The position numbers were made by a program, and so were the translations under genes. From an uncultured Gemmatimonadaceae bacterium (GTDB lineage: Bacteria > Gemmatimonadota > Gemmatimonadetes > Gemmatimonadales > Gemmatimonadaceae), in contig CAWJMB010000002.1 of NCBI GenBank assembly GCA_963843845.1, positions 224,001 through 288,000 on the forward strand: DNA of 64,000 nt, given 5' to 3'. The notes under the pieces are model-generated. The model searched no databases. It saw only the letters and a list, made by a program, of their open reading frames with translations, and was not told the origin of the DNA. Of this stretch, positions 8,766-19,576 are shown piece after piece. How positions within the stretch are numbered: the first letter of the stretch is position 1; each line of letters opens with the position of its first letter.

Positions 8766-11222
8766 CGCACCGCCCGCGCTCCCTGCTGCCGCTCCTCGCC
8801 GCGCTGTGCGCCCCCGCGCTCGGCGCGCTCGCCCCCGCGCGCGCCGACGCCCAGCCCCCGGCCCAGCCGGCCGCCGCCGGCGTCACGCGTGTCCGGCCGC
8901 GTGCAGGACGCGGAGACGAAGGCGCCGCTCCCCTACCTCACGCTCCAGCTGCTGACGGAGCGCGACAGCGCGTTCGTGGCCGGTCGGCTGACGAGCGAGG
9001 CGGGGGAGTTCGCGTTCACCGGGCTCCGCCGTGGCGTCTACGTCCTCGTCGCGCGGTCGATCGGCTACCGCCCGCTGCGCCAGCGCGTCCTCGTCGGCGA
9101 GCTGAGCGCGTTCCTCGACCTCGGCGCGTTGCAGCTGACGCGCGAGGCGCGCGCCCTGGCCGAGGTCGTCGTCAGCGACGCGGCGGCCGGGCGGTCGGCG
9201 GCGATGGAGAAGCAGACGTTCGCCGTCGCCGACAACGTCGCGCAGAGCGGCGGCTCGGTGCTGCAGGCGATGTCCACCGTGCCGGGCGTGACCGTCGGGC
9301 AGGACGGCAAGGTGCTGATCCGCGGCAGCGACAAGGTCCTCGTCCTCGTCGACGGCAAGCAGACCGCGCTCACCGGCTTCGGCTCGCAGGCCGGCCTCGA
9401 CAACCTCCCCGCCTCGGCGATCGAGCGCATCGAGGTCATCAACGACCCGTCGGCGCGCTTCGACGCGAACGCGAGCGCGGGGATCATCAACCTCGTGCTG
9501 CGGAAGGAGGAGCAGGAAGGGCTGAACGGGAAGGTCGGGCTCACCGCCGGCGCCGGCGCGCTGTGGGAGCGGCGCGAGAACCTGCCGACGATCCGCCCGC
9601 AGTACCGCCGCACGCCGAAGCTCAACCCGTCGCTCGCGCTCAACTACCGCAGCGGCGCGACGAACACGTTCCTGCAGGGCGACTGGCTCTACGCGCCGAC
9701 GCTGAACCGCAACGAGTTCGCGACGCGCACCTACGACGACGGCTCGTCGGTCGTGCAGCAGGTGAAGCGCAACCGGCGCACCGACTACGCGACGGTGAAC
9801 GCCGGCGTCGACCACGCGCTCGGCGCGCGCAACGCGGTCAGCGTCTCCGGGCTGTTCAACCGCGAGAAGATCATCGACCGCGGCGACAACCCGTACTTCG
9901 ACGGCGCGCTGCAGCGGCGCACGCGGCTGTGGCAGTTCCTCGAGGACGAGGTGAAGTACACCGCGTTCGGGAGCGCGGCGCTCCGCCACCGCTTCGCGCA
10001 GCCGGGTCACACGCTCGCGATCACGAGCACCTACTCGTTCCACCGCGAGGACGAGAAGTACTTCTTCACGAATACCCTCCCCACCTCGGTCGGCACCGAC
10101 GCGTTCAAGCTGCTCTCCGACGAGCACGTCGTGGAGCTGAGCGCGGACTACGTGAAGCCGCTGCGGCAGGGGCGCGTCGAGGGGGGCTTCAAGGGGCGCT
10201 ACCGCTCGATCCCCGTCGACATGCAGTTCGTGCCGGGCGCGAACTCGGTCATCGACGCCGGCGCGGGCGGCTGGGCGGACTACCGCGAGACGATCCCCGC
10301 GGTCTACGGCACGTACGTCTTCGAGAGCGAGCGCGTCGAGCTCGAAGGGGGGCTGCGCCTCGAGGGGGTGCGCGTCGACTACGACGTGAACCCCGGCCAC
10401 AACACGTACCGCAGCGACGGCTACCGCTACCTGCAGCCGTTCCCGAACGTGCGCGCCGCCTACAAGTTCGACGAGTCGAACAAGCTCGCGCTGTTCGTGA
10501 ACCGGCGCGTCGACCGCCCGAACGAGGTCGACATCCGCATCTTCCCGAAGTACGACGAGCCCGAGCTGATCAAGGTCGGCAACCCCGCCCTGCAGCCGCA
10601 GTACGCGACGTCGGCCGAGCTCGGGTTCCGCACCGCATGGGGGCGCGGCAGCCTGTACGCCGCCGCGTTCCACCGCCTCGTCGACGGCACCATCACGCGC
10701 ATCGCGACGCAGGCGCCGGGGAGCCCGATCCTCTACAACGTGTTCCAGAACGCGGGGCGCAGCCGCAGCACGGGCTCCGAGGTCGCGTGGCAGCAGACGC
10801 TCTCGCGCCGCCTCACGCTCGGCGCGAACGCGTCGGTCTACCGCCGCACGGTCGACGCGTTCTCGGGAGTCAACCTCTACCCGGTGCCGGTCGCGTACGC
10901 GGCGCCGCGCGACCGGCTCACGTCGGGGAACGTCAAGGTGAACGCGGTGATCGTCTTTCCCGGCGACTGGCAGACGCAGCTCTCGAACGTCTACCTCGCC
11001 CCCGACCTCGTGCCGCAGGGGCGCACCGAGTCGCGCTCGTCGCTCGACGTCGGCGTCCGGAAGAGCGTGCAGCGCGGCCGCGGCGAGATCGTCGCGAACG
11101 CGACCGACCTGCTCAACACGAACCAGCCGCGGCGCACGATCCGCGGCACGAACTTCACCTACGTCAGCCGCGACTACCTGGAGACGCAGGTGGTCCGCGT
11201 CGGCTACAGCCGCAAATTCTAG
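8762..11222 (+). CDS. TonB-dependent receptor (apparent frameshift near 8887)
   Basis: Signal peptide from GTG 8762; CarboxypepD_reg-like N-domain; plug IERIEVI..PSARFDA...GIINLVL; C-terminal F. Confidence 0.88.
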
Positions 11223-11244
11223 ACGACCCCGCCGGAGGCGGACC

Positions 11245-12066
11245 ATGAATCGTCGAACGTTCGTCGCGTCGTCCGCGCTCGGCTCCGTCGCCGCCTTCGG
11301 CGGCGCGCGGCCGCTGCCTAACGATCTACTCAACGATCTGCCTGACTCGCCCGCCGAGCCCACACCCTCGATGGCCACCCGAAAGATCCTCATCGCCGGC
11401 GGCGGATTCCGCACCGCGTTCATCCGCTACATGGCGCAGCTCACCGGCAAGCGCCGCCCGCAAGATCCTCTACCTGCCGACCGCTTCGGCCGACAGCGCC
11501 GACGGATCGCTCGCCTTCTTCCAGGCGTGCGCGCCGCTCGACGTCGAGCCGTCGGTGCAGAACAGCTTCATCGAGAGCCTCTCGCAGACGCGGTCGTGGG
11601 AGGAGGTGCTGCTCTCCGTCGACGGCATCGTCTGCTCCGGCGGCAACACGCTGAACCAGCAGGCGATCTGGAAGGCGCAGGGAATCGACGTCGTGCTCCG
11701 CAAGGCGTGGGACCAGGGGATCGTGCTCGGGCGGCGCGAGCGCGGGGTCGCTCTGCTGGTTCGAGGAGGGGACGACCGACTCGCGCCCGCAGCAGCTCTC
11801 GAAGGTCGAGTGCCTCGGCTTCCTGAAGGGAAGCCACTCGCCGCACTACGACGCCGAGGCCGGCCGCCGTCCGCTGTACCACCGGCTGATCGGCTCGGGG
11901 CAGATGAAGCCCGGCTACGCCTGCGACAACGACGCCGGGATCTACTTCGAGGACAACGACGGTGAAGCGCGTCGTCGCGACGCGCGGCGGCGCCAAGGTC
12001 TACTACGTGAGCGTCGTGAACGGCGCGGTGAAGGAGCGGGTGATGGAGCCGGAGATGATCGCGTAG
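11245..12066 (+). CDS. Peptidase E (S51 family) with Tat signal; about three frameshifts
   Basis: NRRTFV Tat motif; ILYLPTAS, SGGNTLN, G.SAG, HSPHYD split across frames. Confidence 0.8.
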
Positions 12067-12204
12067 CGTGCCTCTTCGCGCCGACGTTCGCCGAGTCCTC
12101 CACACGATGACTGTGGCTTCGCGCCTCGATCGTGTCACTGTCGACGTGCCACCGGGCCGGCACCGCCGCGTTCGAGCGAACCACGGATCGGTCGATCGTC
12201 GCAG

Positions 12205-13131
12205 GTGATGCAAGTGTCAGCCGCCGGCCCGAATTTCACGCTCGACGACGAGGTTCGCGCTGCGATGTTCGCGTACGTGCGGCAGCTGCGCGATCGATAC
12301 GGGAGTCGGATTCCGCGCGAGGTGCTGATGATCGGCATCACCGTGCGCGGCCAGCACGTACCGGTCTGGAACTATCAGAAGGGCATCTTCAAGCCGGCGA
12401 TCCTCGGCCGCGACGGTGCCGCGGTCAGTGTCCAGACCTCGGCAGACTCGCCGTACGCAGACGTGCACGATCCGGAGGCGGGGCACTTCGTCTACAAGTA
12501 CCGCGGGACGGACCCGGCACACCCCGACAACCTCGCGCTCCGACGGGCGATGGAGACGCAGCGGCCGCTTCTCTATCTCGTCGCGGTCGATCCCGGCGCG
12601 TACGATGCGATCATGCCGGTCTTCGTCGTCGGTGATCAGCCGGCGCTGCTCCAGTTCACCCTCGTCGCCGACCAGCCTCTCGCGGGCGTCGGCGGGGACC
12701 CCGTGCTCACAACGGCGCGGCGCGAGTACGCGACGCGAGCCGTGATGCAGCGGCTGCACCAGCAGCAGTTCCGGCGGCGCGTGCTCGTCGCCTACCGAAA
12801 TCAGTGTGCGATCTGCCGCCTCCGGCACGTCGAACTGCTCGACGCGGCGCACATCCTCCCCGACCGCGACCCGCGCGGCGAGCCGGTCGTCACGAACGGG
12901 TTGGGGCTCTGCAAGATCCATCACTCCGCGTACGACGCGCACATCATCGGCGTCGACCCAGATGCGCGCGTGCATGTCCGCGCGGACATCCTGACCGAGG
13001 TCGACGGGCCGATGCTACGCTACGGGCTACAAGCCGTGCACGGCGGCCGGCTCGTGCTGCCGACACGCGAGGTGCTGCGCCCGAATCGCGAGTTCCTGGC
13101 CGAACGGTTCGAACGGTTCCGGGCCGCGTGA
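12205..13131 (+). CDS. HNH endonuclease, putative modification-dependent restriction enzyme
   Basis: C-terminal FRRRVLVAYRNQCAIC...LDAAHI...NGLGLCKIHH HNH domain; N-terminal YKYRGTDP..PDNLALR SRA/PUA-like segment. Confidence 0.8.
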   Translation: MMQVSAAGPNFTLDDEVRAAMFAYVRQLRDRYGSRIPREVLMIGITVRGQHVPVWNYQKGIFKPAILGRDGAAVSVQTSADSPYADVHDPEAGHFVYKYRGTDPAHPDNLALRRAMETQRPLLYLVAVDPGAYDAIMPVFVVGDQPALLQFTLVADQPLAGVGGDPVLTTARREYATRAVMQRLHQQQFRRRVLVAYRNQCAICRLRHVELLDAAHILPDRDPRGEPVVTNGLGLCKIHHSAYDAHIIGVDPDARVHVRADILTEVDGPMLRYGLQAVHGGRLVLPTREVLRPNREFLAERFERFRAA

Positions 13132-13175
13132 TGGCTCGTGGGCTAGGCTGGAAGAATTTCCGTCTGGAGAGTCAC

Positions 13176-13374
13176 ATGTTCACGTCCTCCCAGCCGGCCC
13201 CGCCGGTGTTCGCCGGCACGCGCATGCCGGTGCAATCGTTGCTGGACCACTTGGAAGCCGGCGACACGCTCGACACGTTTCTCGACGACTTTCCGAGTGT
13301 CACTCGTGCGCACGCGGCGGGCGGTCCTCGAGCGCGCCGTCGTCGGGGCCATCAGACCCGTCGGCACCGTGTAG
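13176..13374 (+). pseudogene. DUF433 family antitoxin remnant
   Basis: PVFAGTRMPVQSLLDHLEAGDTLDTFLDDFPSVTR; N-terminus eroded, frameshift near 13320, no partner toxin. Confidence 0.7.
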
Positions 13375-13742
13375 TGCAGGTCCGACGTCGCCGGCTCGAG
13401 CGTCGGGTGATCGAGGCACGGGTACAGCAGGGCGCAGCCACCGCCCCACAGCGACGTGTCGATCCACGGATCCTTACTCTGCCGTCGATCGCGATCGACG
13501 CGATCGTGTATTTCGGATGGAGGTCGAGGATCAGCGTAGCGCATGATCGAGATGCTCGAACTCGAGCGCCAGCTGCTCGGCTGGCATCGGGCCGCCCTGC
13601 TTGCGCGTCTGCGCGGTGATGAACTTCTGGTCGGCGAGGTCGGTGACGGGTGCCGCCATCGGCCGCTGCGCGTGCACGATCGAGCCGTACGCGAGCATAG
13701 CCAGACCGCACGGCGTCGACCAGCGCGTCCCGTGAGGCACCA

Positions 13743-15041
13743 TCAGCGGTAGAGCAGGTACGGCTTGCCGCGTCTCCAGCCACTCCGCCGCCTCGCGGTC
13801 CCACTCGTCGAGCAGCGCCGGGAGCCGGCCCCCTTCGACCGCCGCGCGCACCTTGTCGACCCGGTGAGCCGGTCGATCGACGCGCGTCCACGCGAAGTCG
13901 CGCGGGTGCTGCCGGCGGATCTCGTCGATCAGCGAGGAGCGACGTGCGCACCGGGCGGTACGTCTGCGCGATCGGTGATGACGAAGCGGAGCGCCGGGAT
14001 CGTGTGGCCCTTGTGCTTCGCCGCCGTCGGCGCGACCGTCATGCGTGATCGCCTCGAAGCGCACGCCGGGGAGCCGCCTCGCGTTCATCGTCGCGGCGAC
14101 CGCCGGCGCGTTCAGCCAGGGCGCGCCGATCTGCTCGAACGGGCGGTCGGTGCCGCGCCCCTCGGTGAGGTTCGTGCCCTCGAAGTAGACCGTCCCCGGA
14201 TAGCTGGTGAGCGCGGCGAGCGAGCGCAGGTTCGGCGACGGGTTCACCCACGGCAGCCCGGTCTCGTCCTGCCACTGCGAGCGCCGCCAGTTCGCCGCGC
14301 GGAATCACGGTGAGATCGGCGCCGATGCTCGTCGCGCTGGTTGAACAGCGTCGCGAGCTCGCCGACCGTCATGCCGTGCCGCGCCGGGATCGGGTACATG
14401 CCGACGAACGACGTGAACTTGGGGTCGAGCAGCGCGCCCTCGACGATCTCGCCGCCGATCGGGTTCGGCCGGTCGAGCACGACGAACGGGATCCCCTTCC
14501 GCTTCGCCGCCTGCATCGCCAGCGCCATCGTCGACACGTAGGTCCACGTGCGCCCGCCGACCTCCTGCAGGTCGTAGACGAGCACGTCGACGTCGCTGGA
14601 GCATCTGCCGGCGTCGGGCCGCGGTCCTCGGCGAGGTAGAGCGAGTAGACCGGCACGCCCGTCTTCGCGTCGGTCTCGTCCTCGATCGCCACGCCGTCCA
14701 TCGCGTCGCCGCGGATGCCGTGCTCGGGCGCGAGCAGCGCCACGAGCTTCAGGTCGCGGGTGGCGCGCGACGAGGTCGATGTCGGGCGTGCGCGCGCGGT
14801 CGATCGCGAGTGGTTGGTGATCAGCCCGACGCGCTTGCCGCGCAGCGCCGCGGGCACGTCGGCGAGGAAGACCTCGATGCCGGGGCGCACGCTGCCCTGC
14901 GCGGCCGCGTCCTTCGTCACGCGCGGTGGCGACGCGGGCTGGGCGATGCCGACGCTGCACGAGAAGCGCGGAAGCGAGGAACGCTCCGCCGAGGGGGCGC
15001 GCGAGGGAGCGCGTGAGGGGGCGCGGAAGGAACGGCTTCAT
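13743..15041 (-). CDS. Exo-beta-N-acetylmuramidase NamZ / DUF1343 family; multiple frameshifts
   Basis: GKRVGLITNH, PEHGIRG, YDLQEVGGRTWTY, LDRPNPIGG, RHGMTVGEL, PSPNL, EGRGTDRPFE, YLLY. Confidence 0.85.
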
Positions 15042-15323
15042 CGCGAGAGGGAGATCGGTGAATGTTCAGGAGCGGCGGACGAGGCACGCGGTGCCCTGGT
15101 GTCGCCTGAACGTGTCGTCTCGCGCGCTCGTTGTCGACCTCGGTCTCTGCTGCCGTGGTCGGTGCCTCTGCTGCAAGCGCGAGTGGAGGTCCCGTGCACG
15201 GAAGACGACCTCCAGGTCACGCATCCGCGATGTGCTGGAGGTCGTGTTCGTGCATGATTCCCTCTCTCTTCGATGTGATGTGACATCGCCGATCCACGAC
15301 CCACTCGCGCGACCGCGGACCTG

Positions 15324-16967
15324 ATGTCCCCTGCTGCTGACGACGAGCCGACGGGCCCCGCGCCGCTCGGCCGTCGCGCGTTCGTGGCCGCCGCCGCGTT
15401 AGGCACCGCCGCGCTCGGTGCCGTGGCGTTGGGAACGTTGGGCGCCCCGGCGCTCGTCGGTCTCGCGCGCAAGACGGACCGGCCGCTCGCCGGCGCGCTC
15501 GCGGACGACGGACACGCCGCCGGCCACCGGCTGCGCGACGGCCGCGCCAGCCTCGCCGTCCGTCGCCGCGAGCGCCGCGCGATCGTCATCGTCGGCGGCG
15601 GCGTCGCCGGGCTCTCGGCGGCGTGGTGGCTGGCGCGGCACGGGGTGCGCGACGTCGTGCTCCTCGAGCTGGCGTCGCAGGCGGGCGGCAACGCACGGTG
15701 GGGAGAGAACGCGGTCAGCGCGTATCCGTGGGGCGCGCACTACGTCCCCCTCCCGGGCCCGCGCGCTGCTCTCGTGCGGGAGCTGTTCGCCGAGGCCGGA
15801 CTGTTGGGCAGCGACGGCGCGTGGAGCGAGCGCGACCTGTGCTTCGCGCCGAAAGAGCGGACGTTCGTGCACGGCCGGTGGCGCGACGGGCAGGTCGATG
15901 CGCTCGCGCTCGACGCCGGCGCGCAGTCGGAGCTGCACCGCTTCGAGGCGCGCATCGGCGAGCTGCGCGCCGGCGGCGCGTTCACGATCCCGATGGCGCT
16001 CGGCATGTCCGCCGCCGCGGCGACCGGTGTACGGGATCCGCTCGACGCGATCACCGCCGAGGCATGGCTGGCGCAGGAAGGGCTCCGGTCGGGCGCACTG
16101 CGCTGGTACGTCGACTACGCCTGCCGAGACGACTTCGGCACGCGCGCGCGCGACACGTCGGCGTGGGCGATGCTGCACTACTTCGCGGCGCGCGAGGGAG
16201 CGAGCGAGGCCGACGACGCGGGCCCGCTCACCTGGCCGGAGGGGAACGGGCGGCTCGTCACGCACCTGCTGAGTCGCGTCGGCGACCACGTCGTCACGAG
16301 CGCCCCGGTCGCCCGTGTCGAGCGCGCGGGTCGCGGCATGCGCGTGCACGCGGGCGAGGGAACCGAGTGGCTGTGCGACGCCGTGATCTGGGCCGCGCCG
16401 ACGTTCCTCGCGCCGCACGTCGTCGACGGCGCGCCGCCCGTGCCCTGGCGCTACGCGCCGTGGCTCGTCGCGAACCTCACGCTCGACCGCCGCCCGCGCG
16501 CCGCGCCCGACGACGCCCCCGAGGCGTGGGACAACGTCCTCGTCGACTCTCCCGGACTCGGCTACGTGGTCGCGACGCACCAGGCGCTGCGCGCGACGCC
16601 GACCGAGCAGACAGTGTGGACGTACTATCGCGCGCTCGCCGACGGCGACCCGGCGGCCGAGCGCGCGACGCTGCTCGGCATGGACTGGCGAGCCTGCGCC
16701 GAGCTCGCGCTGGGCGATCTCGAACGCGCGCATCCGGACCTGCGCGAGTGCGTCGCGCGCGTCGACGTCATGCGGCACGGTCACGCGATGCCCCGCCCCG
16801 AGCCCGGCTTCCTCGCGCGCCACGCGCCGTGGTGGACCCCGCCCCCCGACGCGCGCGTCTTCTACGCCAACTCCGACGTGAGCGGCCTCTCGCTGTTCGA
16901 GGAAGCCCAGTACCGCGGCGTGCGCGCGGCGGAGGGCGCGCTGGCGCTCCTCGGCGGTGCGCAGTGA
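15324..16967 (+). CDS. FAD-dependent oxidoreductase (amine-oxidase-like, usual speE operon partner)
   Basis: RRAF Tat-like motif; IVGGGVAGLSAA; WGAHYVP; LTWPEGNG; GHAMPRP; SGLSLFEEAQYRG. Confidence 0.85.
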   Translation: MSPAADDEPTGPAPLGRRAFVAAAALGTAALGAVALGTLGAPALVGLARKTDRPLAGALADDGHAAGHRLRDGRASLAVRRRERRAIVIVGGGVAGLSAAWWLARHGVRDVVLLELASQAGGNARWGENAVSAYPWGAHYVPLPGPRAALVRELFAEAGLLGSDGAWSERDLCFAPKERTFVHGRWRDGQVDALALDAGAQSELHRFEARIGELRAGGAFTIPMALGMSAAAATGVRDPLDAITAEAWLAQEGLRSGALRWYVDYACRDDFGTRARDTSAWAMLHYFAAREGASEADDAGPLTWPEGNGRLVTHLLSRVGDHVVTSAPVARVERAGRGMRVHAGEGTEWLCDAVIWAAPTFLAPHVVDGAPPVPWRYAPWLVANLTLDRRPRAAPDDAPEAWDNVLVDSPGLGYVVATHQALRATPTEQTVWTYYRALADGDPAAERATLLGMDWRACAELALGDLERAHPDLRECVARVDVMRHGHAMPRPEPGFLARHAPWWTPPPDARVFYANSDVSGLSLFEEAQYRGVRAAEGALALLGGAQ

Positions 16968-16985
16968 TTAGCCTGTAGTGTTTTC

Positions 16986-17061
16986 ACGGAGGGAACCGAA
17001 GGAACGGACGGGAACCCGGAGTGCGCGTCCACGCCTTTCGAGCTCCTTCGGTTCCTTCCGT
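16986..17061. repeat. REP-like palindromic element, copy 1
   Basis: 18-bp inverted arms ACGGAGGGAACCGAAGGA / TCCTTCGGTTCCTTCCGT with one G-T mismatch. Confidence 0.7.
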
Positions 17062-17090
17062 CAGGATCACTCCACGCGCTTTCCCCTTCA

Positions 17091-18148
17091 GTGACTTCCA
17101 TCGAGCTCGGCCTCGACACGTTCGGCGACGTCACGCACGACGCCGACGGCCGCCTCGAGTCGCACGCGCAGGTGCATCCGCGACGTCGTCGAGGAGGCGG
17201 TGCTCGCCGACGCGGTCGGCGTCGACTTCTTCGGCGTCGGCGAGCACCACCGCGCCGACTTCGCCGTCTCCGCGCCCGAGGTGCGTGCTCGCCGCGATCG
17301 CCGGCCGCACCGAGCGCATCCGCCTCGGCTCCGCCGTCACCGTGCTCAGCTCCGACGACCCGGTGCGCGTCTTCCAGCGCTTCGCGACGCTCGACGCGGC
17401 GTCGAACGGGCGCGCCGAGGTCATCCTCGGCCGCGGCTCGTTCACCGAGTCGTTCCCGCTGTTCGGCTACCCGCTCGACCAGTACGAGGCGCTGTTCGAG
17501 GAGAAGCTCGAGCTGTTCGCCGCGCTGCTGCGCGCGGACGGCACGGGGAGCGCGTGACGTGGCGCGGCACGCGCAACGTGCGCGCGCCGCTCGTGAACCA
17601 GGCGTCGTGCCGCGGATCGAGACGGCGCCGGCGCGCCCGCTCAGCGCCTGGATCGGCGTCGGCGGCAGCCCGGAGTCGGTCGTGCGCGCCGCGCGCTACC
17701 GGTTGCCGCTGATGCTCGCCATCATCGGCGGCGACCCGCGCCGCTTCGCGCCCTACGTCGACGCTCTACCACCGCGCGCTGCGAGCAGGCCGGCGCGCCG
17801 ACGCTCCCGATCGGCGTCCACTCGCCCGGCCACGTCGCCGACACCGACGACGAGGCGCGCGAGCAGCTGTGGCCCGCCTACAAGCAGATGCACGACCGCA
17901 TCGGCGCCGAGCGCGGGTGGGGCCCGATCACGCGCGCCGCGTTCGAGCGCGAGGTCGCGCACGGCTCGCTCTACGTCGGCGCGCCGGAGACGGTCGCGCG
18001 CAAGATCGCCGCGACGGTGACGGCGCTCGGTCTGTCTCGCTTCGACATGAAATACAGCGCCGGGCCGCTCGCCCACGCGCTGCTCATGCGCAGCATCGAG
18101 CTGTACGGGCGCGAGGTGATGCCGCGCGTGCGGGCGCTGCTGGGCTGA
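17091..18148 (+). CDS. LLM class flavin-dependent oxidoreductase; frameshifts
   Basis: [58 protein letters not shown]. Confidence 0.88.
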
Positions 18149-18154
18149 CCGCGC

Positions 18155-19030
18155 GTGCGTCGCCCTCCGCTCGTCGAGACCGAGGCCGAGCCGTGGCGCC
18201 CGCTCGCCGGGCTGCGGGTGGTCTCGCTCGCCGTGAACGTGCCGGGCCCGGTCGCCGCCGCGCGCCTCGCCGCCATGGGCGCCGAGGTGACGAAGATCGA
18301 GCCGCCGGCGGGCGACCCGCTCGCGAGACTCGCGCCCGGCTGGTATCGCGCGCTCGCCGCGGGGCAGACGGTGGTCTGTCTGGATCTCAAGACCGCCGAC
18401 GGGCGCGCGTCGCTCGAGACGCGGCTCGCGCGCGCCGACGTGCTGCTGACCGCGACGCGCCCGGCCTCGCTCGAGCGGCTCGGGCTCGGCTGGCCGGCGT
18501 TGGGGGCGCGGCACCGGCAGCTCTGCCACGTGCGGATCGTCGGTGAGGCTGGCGACCGCGCCGAGGTCGCGGGCCACGACCTCACGTACCAGGCGGCGCT
18601 CGGCCTGCTCGATCCGCCCCGGCTTCCGCGCACGCTGCTCGCCGACCTCGCCGGCGCCGAGCGCGCCGTGAGCGCGGCGCTCGCCCTGCTCGTCGCCCGC
18701 GCGCGCACCGGCGAGGGCGGCGCGGCCGACGTCGGGCTCGTCGACGCGCTGCGACCGTTCGCCGACCCGCTCCTCCACGGCGCCACGACGCCCGCCGGCC
18801 CGCTCGGCGGCGCGCTCGCCACCTACGCGCTCTACGCGGCGGCCGACGGCTGGGTCGCGGTCGCCGCGCTCGAGCCGCACTTCGCCGCGCGGCTCGCCGA
18901 GTCGCTCGCGGTGCCGCCGGGCGCGCCGCTCGACGCCGGCGCGCTCGCCGCCGCGTTCCGCGCGCGGCCGGCCCGCGAGTGGGCGCGGTGGGCTGAGGCG
19001 CGCGACCTGCCGATCGTCGCCGTCGCGTGA
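18155..19030 (+). CDS. CoA transferase family III (CaiB/BaiF)
   Basis: PGP...LAAMGAEVTKIEPPAGD, LDLK, GHDLTY, ALEPHF. Confidence 0.85.
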   Translation: MRRPPLVETEAEPWRPLAGLRVVSLAVNVPGPVAAARLAAMGAEVTKIEPPAGDPLARLAPGWYRALAAGQTVVCLDLKTADGRASLETRLARADVLLTATRPASLERLGLGWPALGARHRQLCHVRIVGEAGDRAEVAGHDLTYQAALGLLDPPRLPRTLLADLAGAERAVSAALALLVARARTGEGGAADVGLVDALRPFADPLLHGATTPAGPLGGALATYALYAAADGWVAVAALEPHFAARLAESLAVPPGAPLDAGALAAAFRARPAREWARWAEARDLPIVAVA

Positions 19031-19075
19031 ACGGCGCGCCTAACGCTTTCACGCACGCCTGCACCCGACGACGCC

Positions 19076-19576
19076 ATGACGACGTTCACGCCGCGTGACC
19101 CCGCGTTCGAGGCGCGCGTGCGCGCGAGCTTCGCGCGCCAGCGTTTCATGACGACGTTGGGCGCCGAGCTGGTCGGCGTGCGCCCCGGCGAGGTGACGAT
19201 CGCGCTGCCGTTCGCCGACGCGCTCACGCAGCAGCAGGGGTCGCTGCACGCCGGCGCGGTCACCGCCGTCGTCGACAGCGCGTGCGGCTACGCCGCGCTC
19301 ACGCTCATGGCGCCCGGCGCCGAAGTCGTCAGCGTCGAGTTCAAGATCAACCTGCTCGCCCCCGCGCTCGGCGCGCGCTTCGTCGCCGTCGGGCGCGTAC
19401 TCCGCGCCGGGCGCACGATCACCGTCTGCGCGGGCGAGGTGCGCGTCGACGATGGCGGCGTGAGTGACGCGGCCGGCGGCGCGGGGGGTGCCGTCGTCGC
19501 CGTGATGCAGGCGACGATGATGGCCGTCACGCCCCGGGGATCGCCCCCTTCGCCGGCGGTGCCACGCGGAGCTTGA
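19076..19576 (+). CDS. PaaI family thioesterase
   Basis: QQQGSLHAG...DSACG, EFKINLLAP. Confidence 0.9.
   Translation: MTTFTPRDPAFEARVRASFARQRFMTTLGAELVGVRPGEVTIALPFADALTQQQGSLHAGAVTAVVDSACGYAALTLMAPGAEVVSVEFKINLLAPALGARFVAVGRVLRAGRTITVCAGEVRVDDGGVSDAAGGAGGAVVAVMQATMMAVTPRGSPPSPAVPRGA

Noticed and set aside
7556..11248. 1230 aa ORF as a giant fusion protein
   Set aside because: It joins a real gene, the TonB receptor signal peptide and an off-frame read-through of the receptor
15065..15288. Small minus-strand ORF (MHEHDLQHIADA…) and CGATGT-N6-ACATCG palindrome upstream of namZ
   Set aside because: The ORF needs a frameshift and has no recognisable homology; a single palindrome is not enough to call an operator
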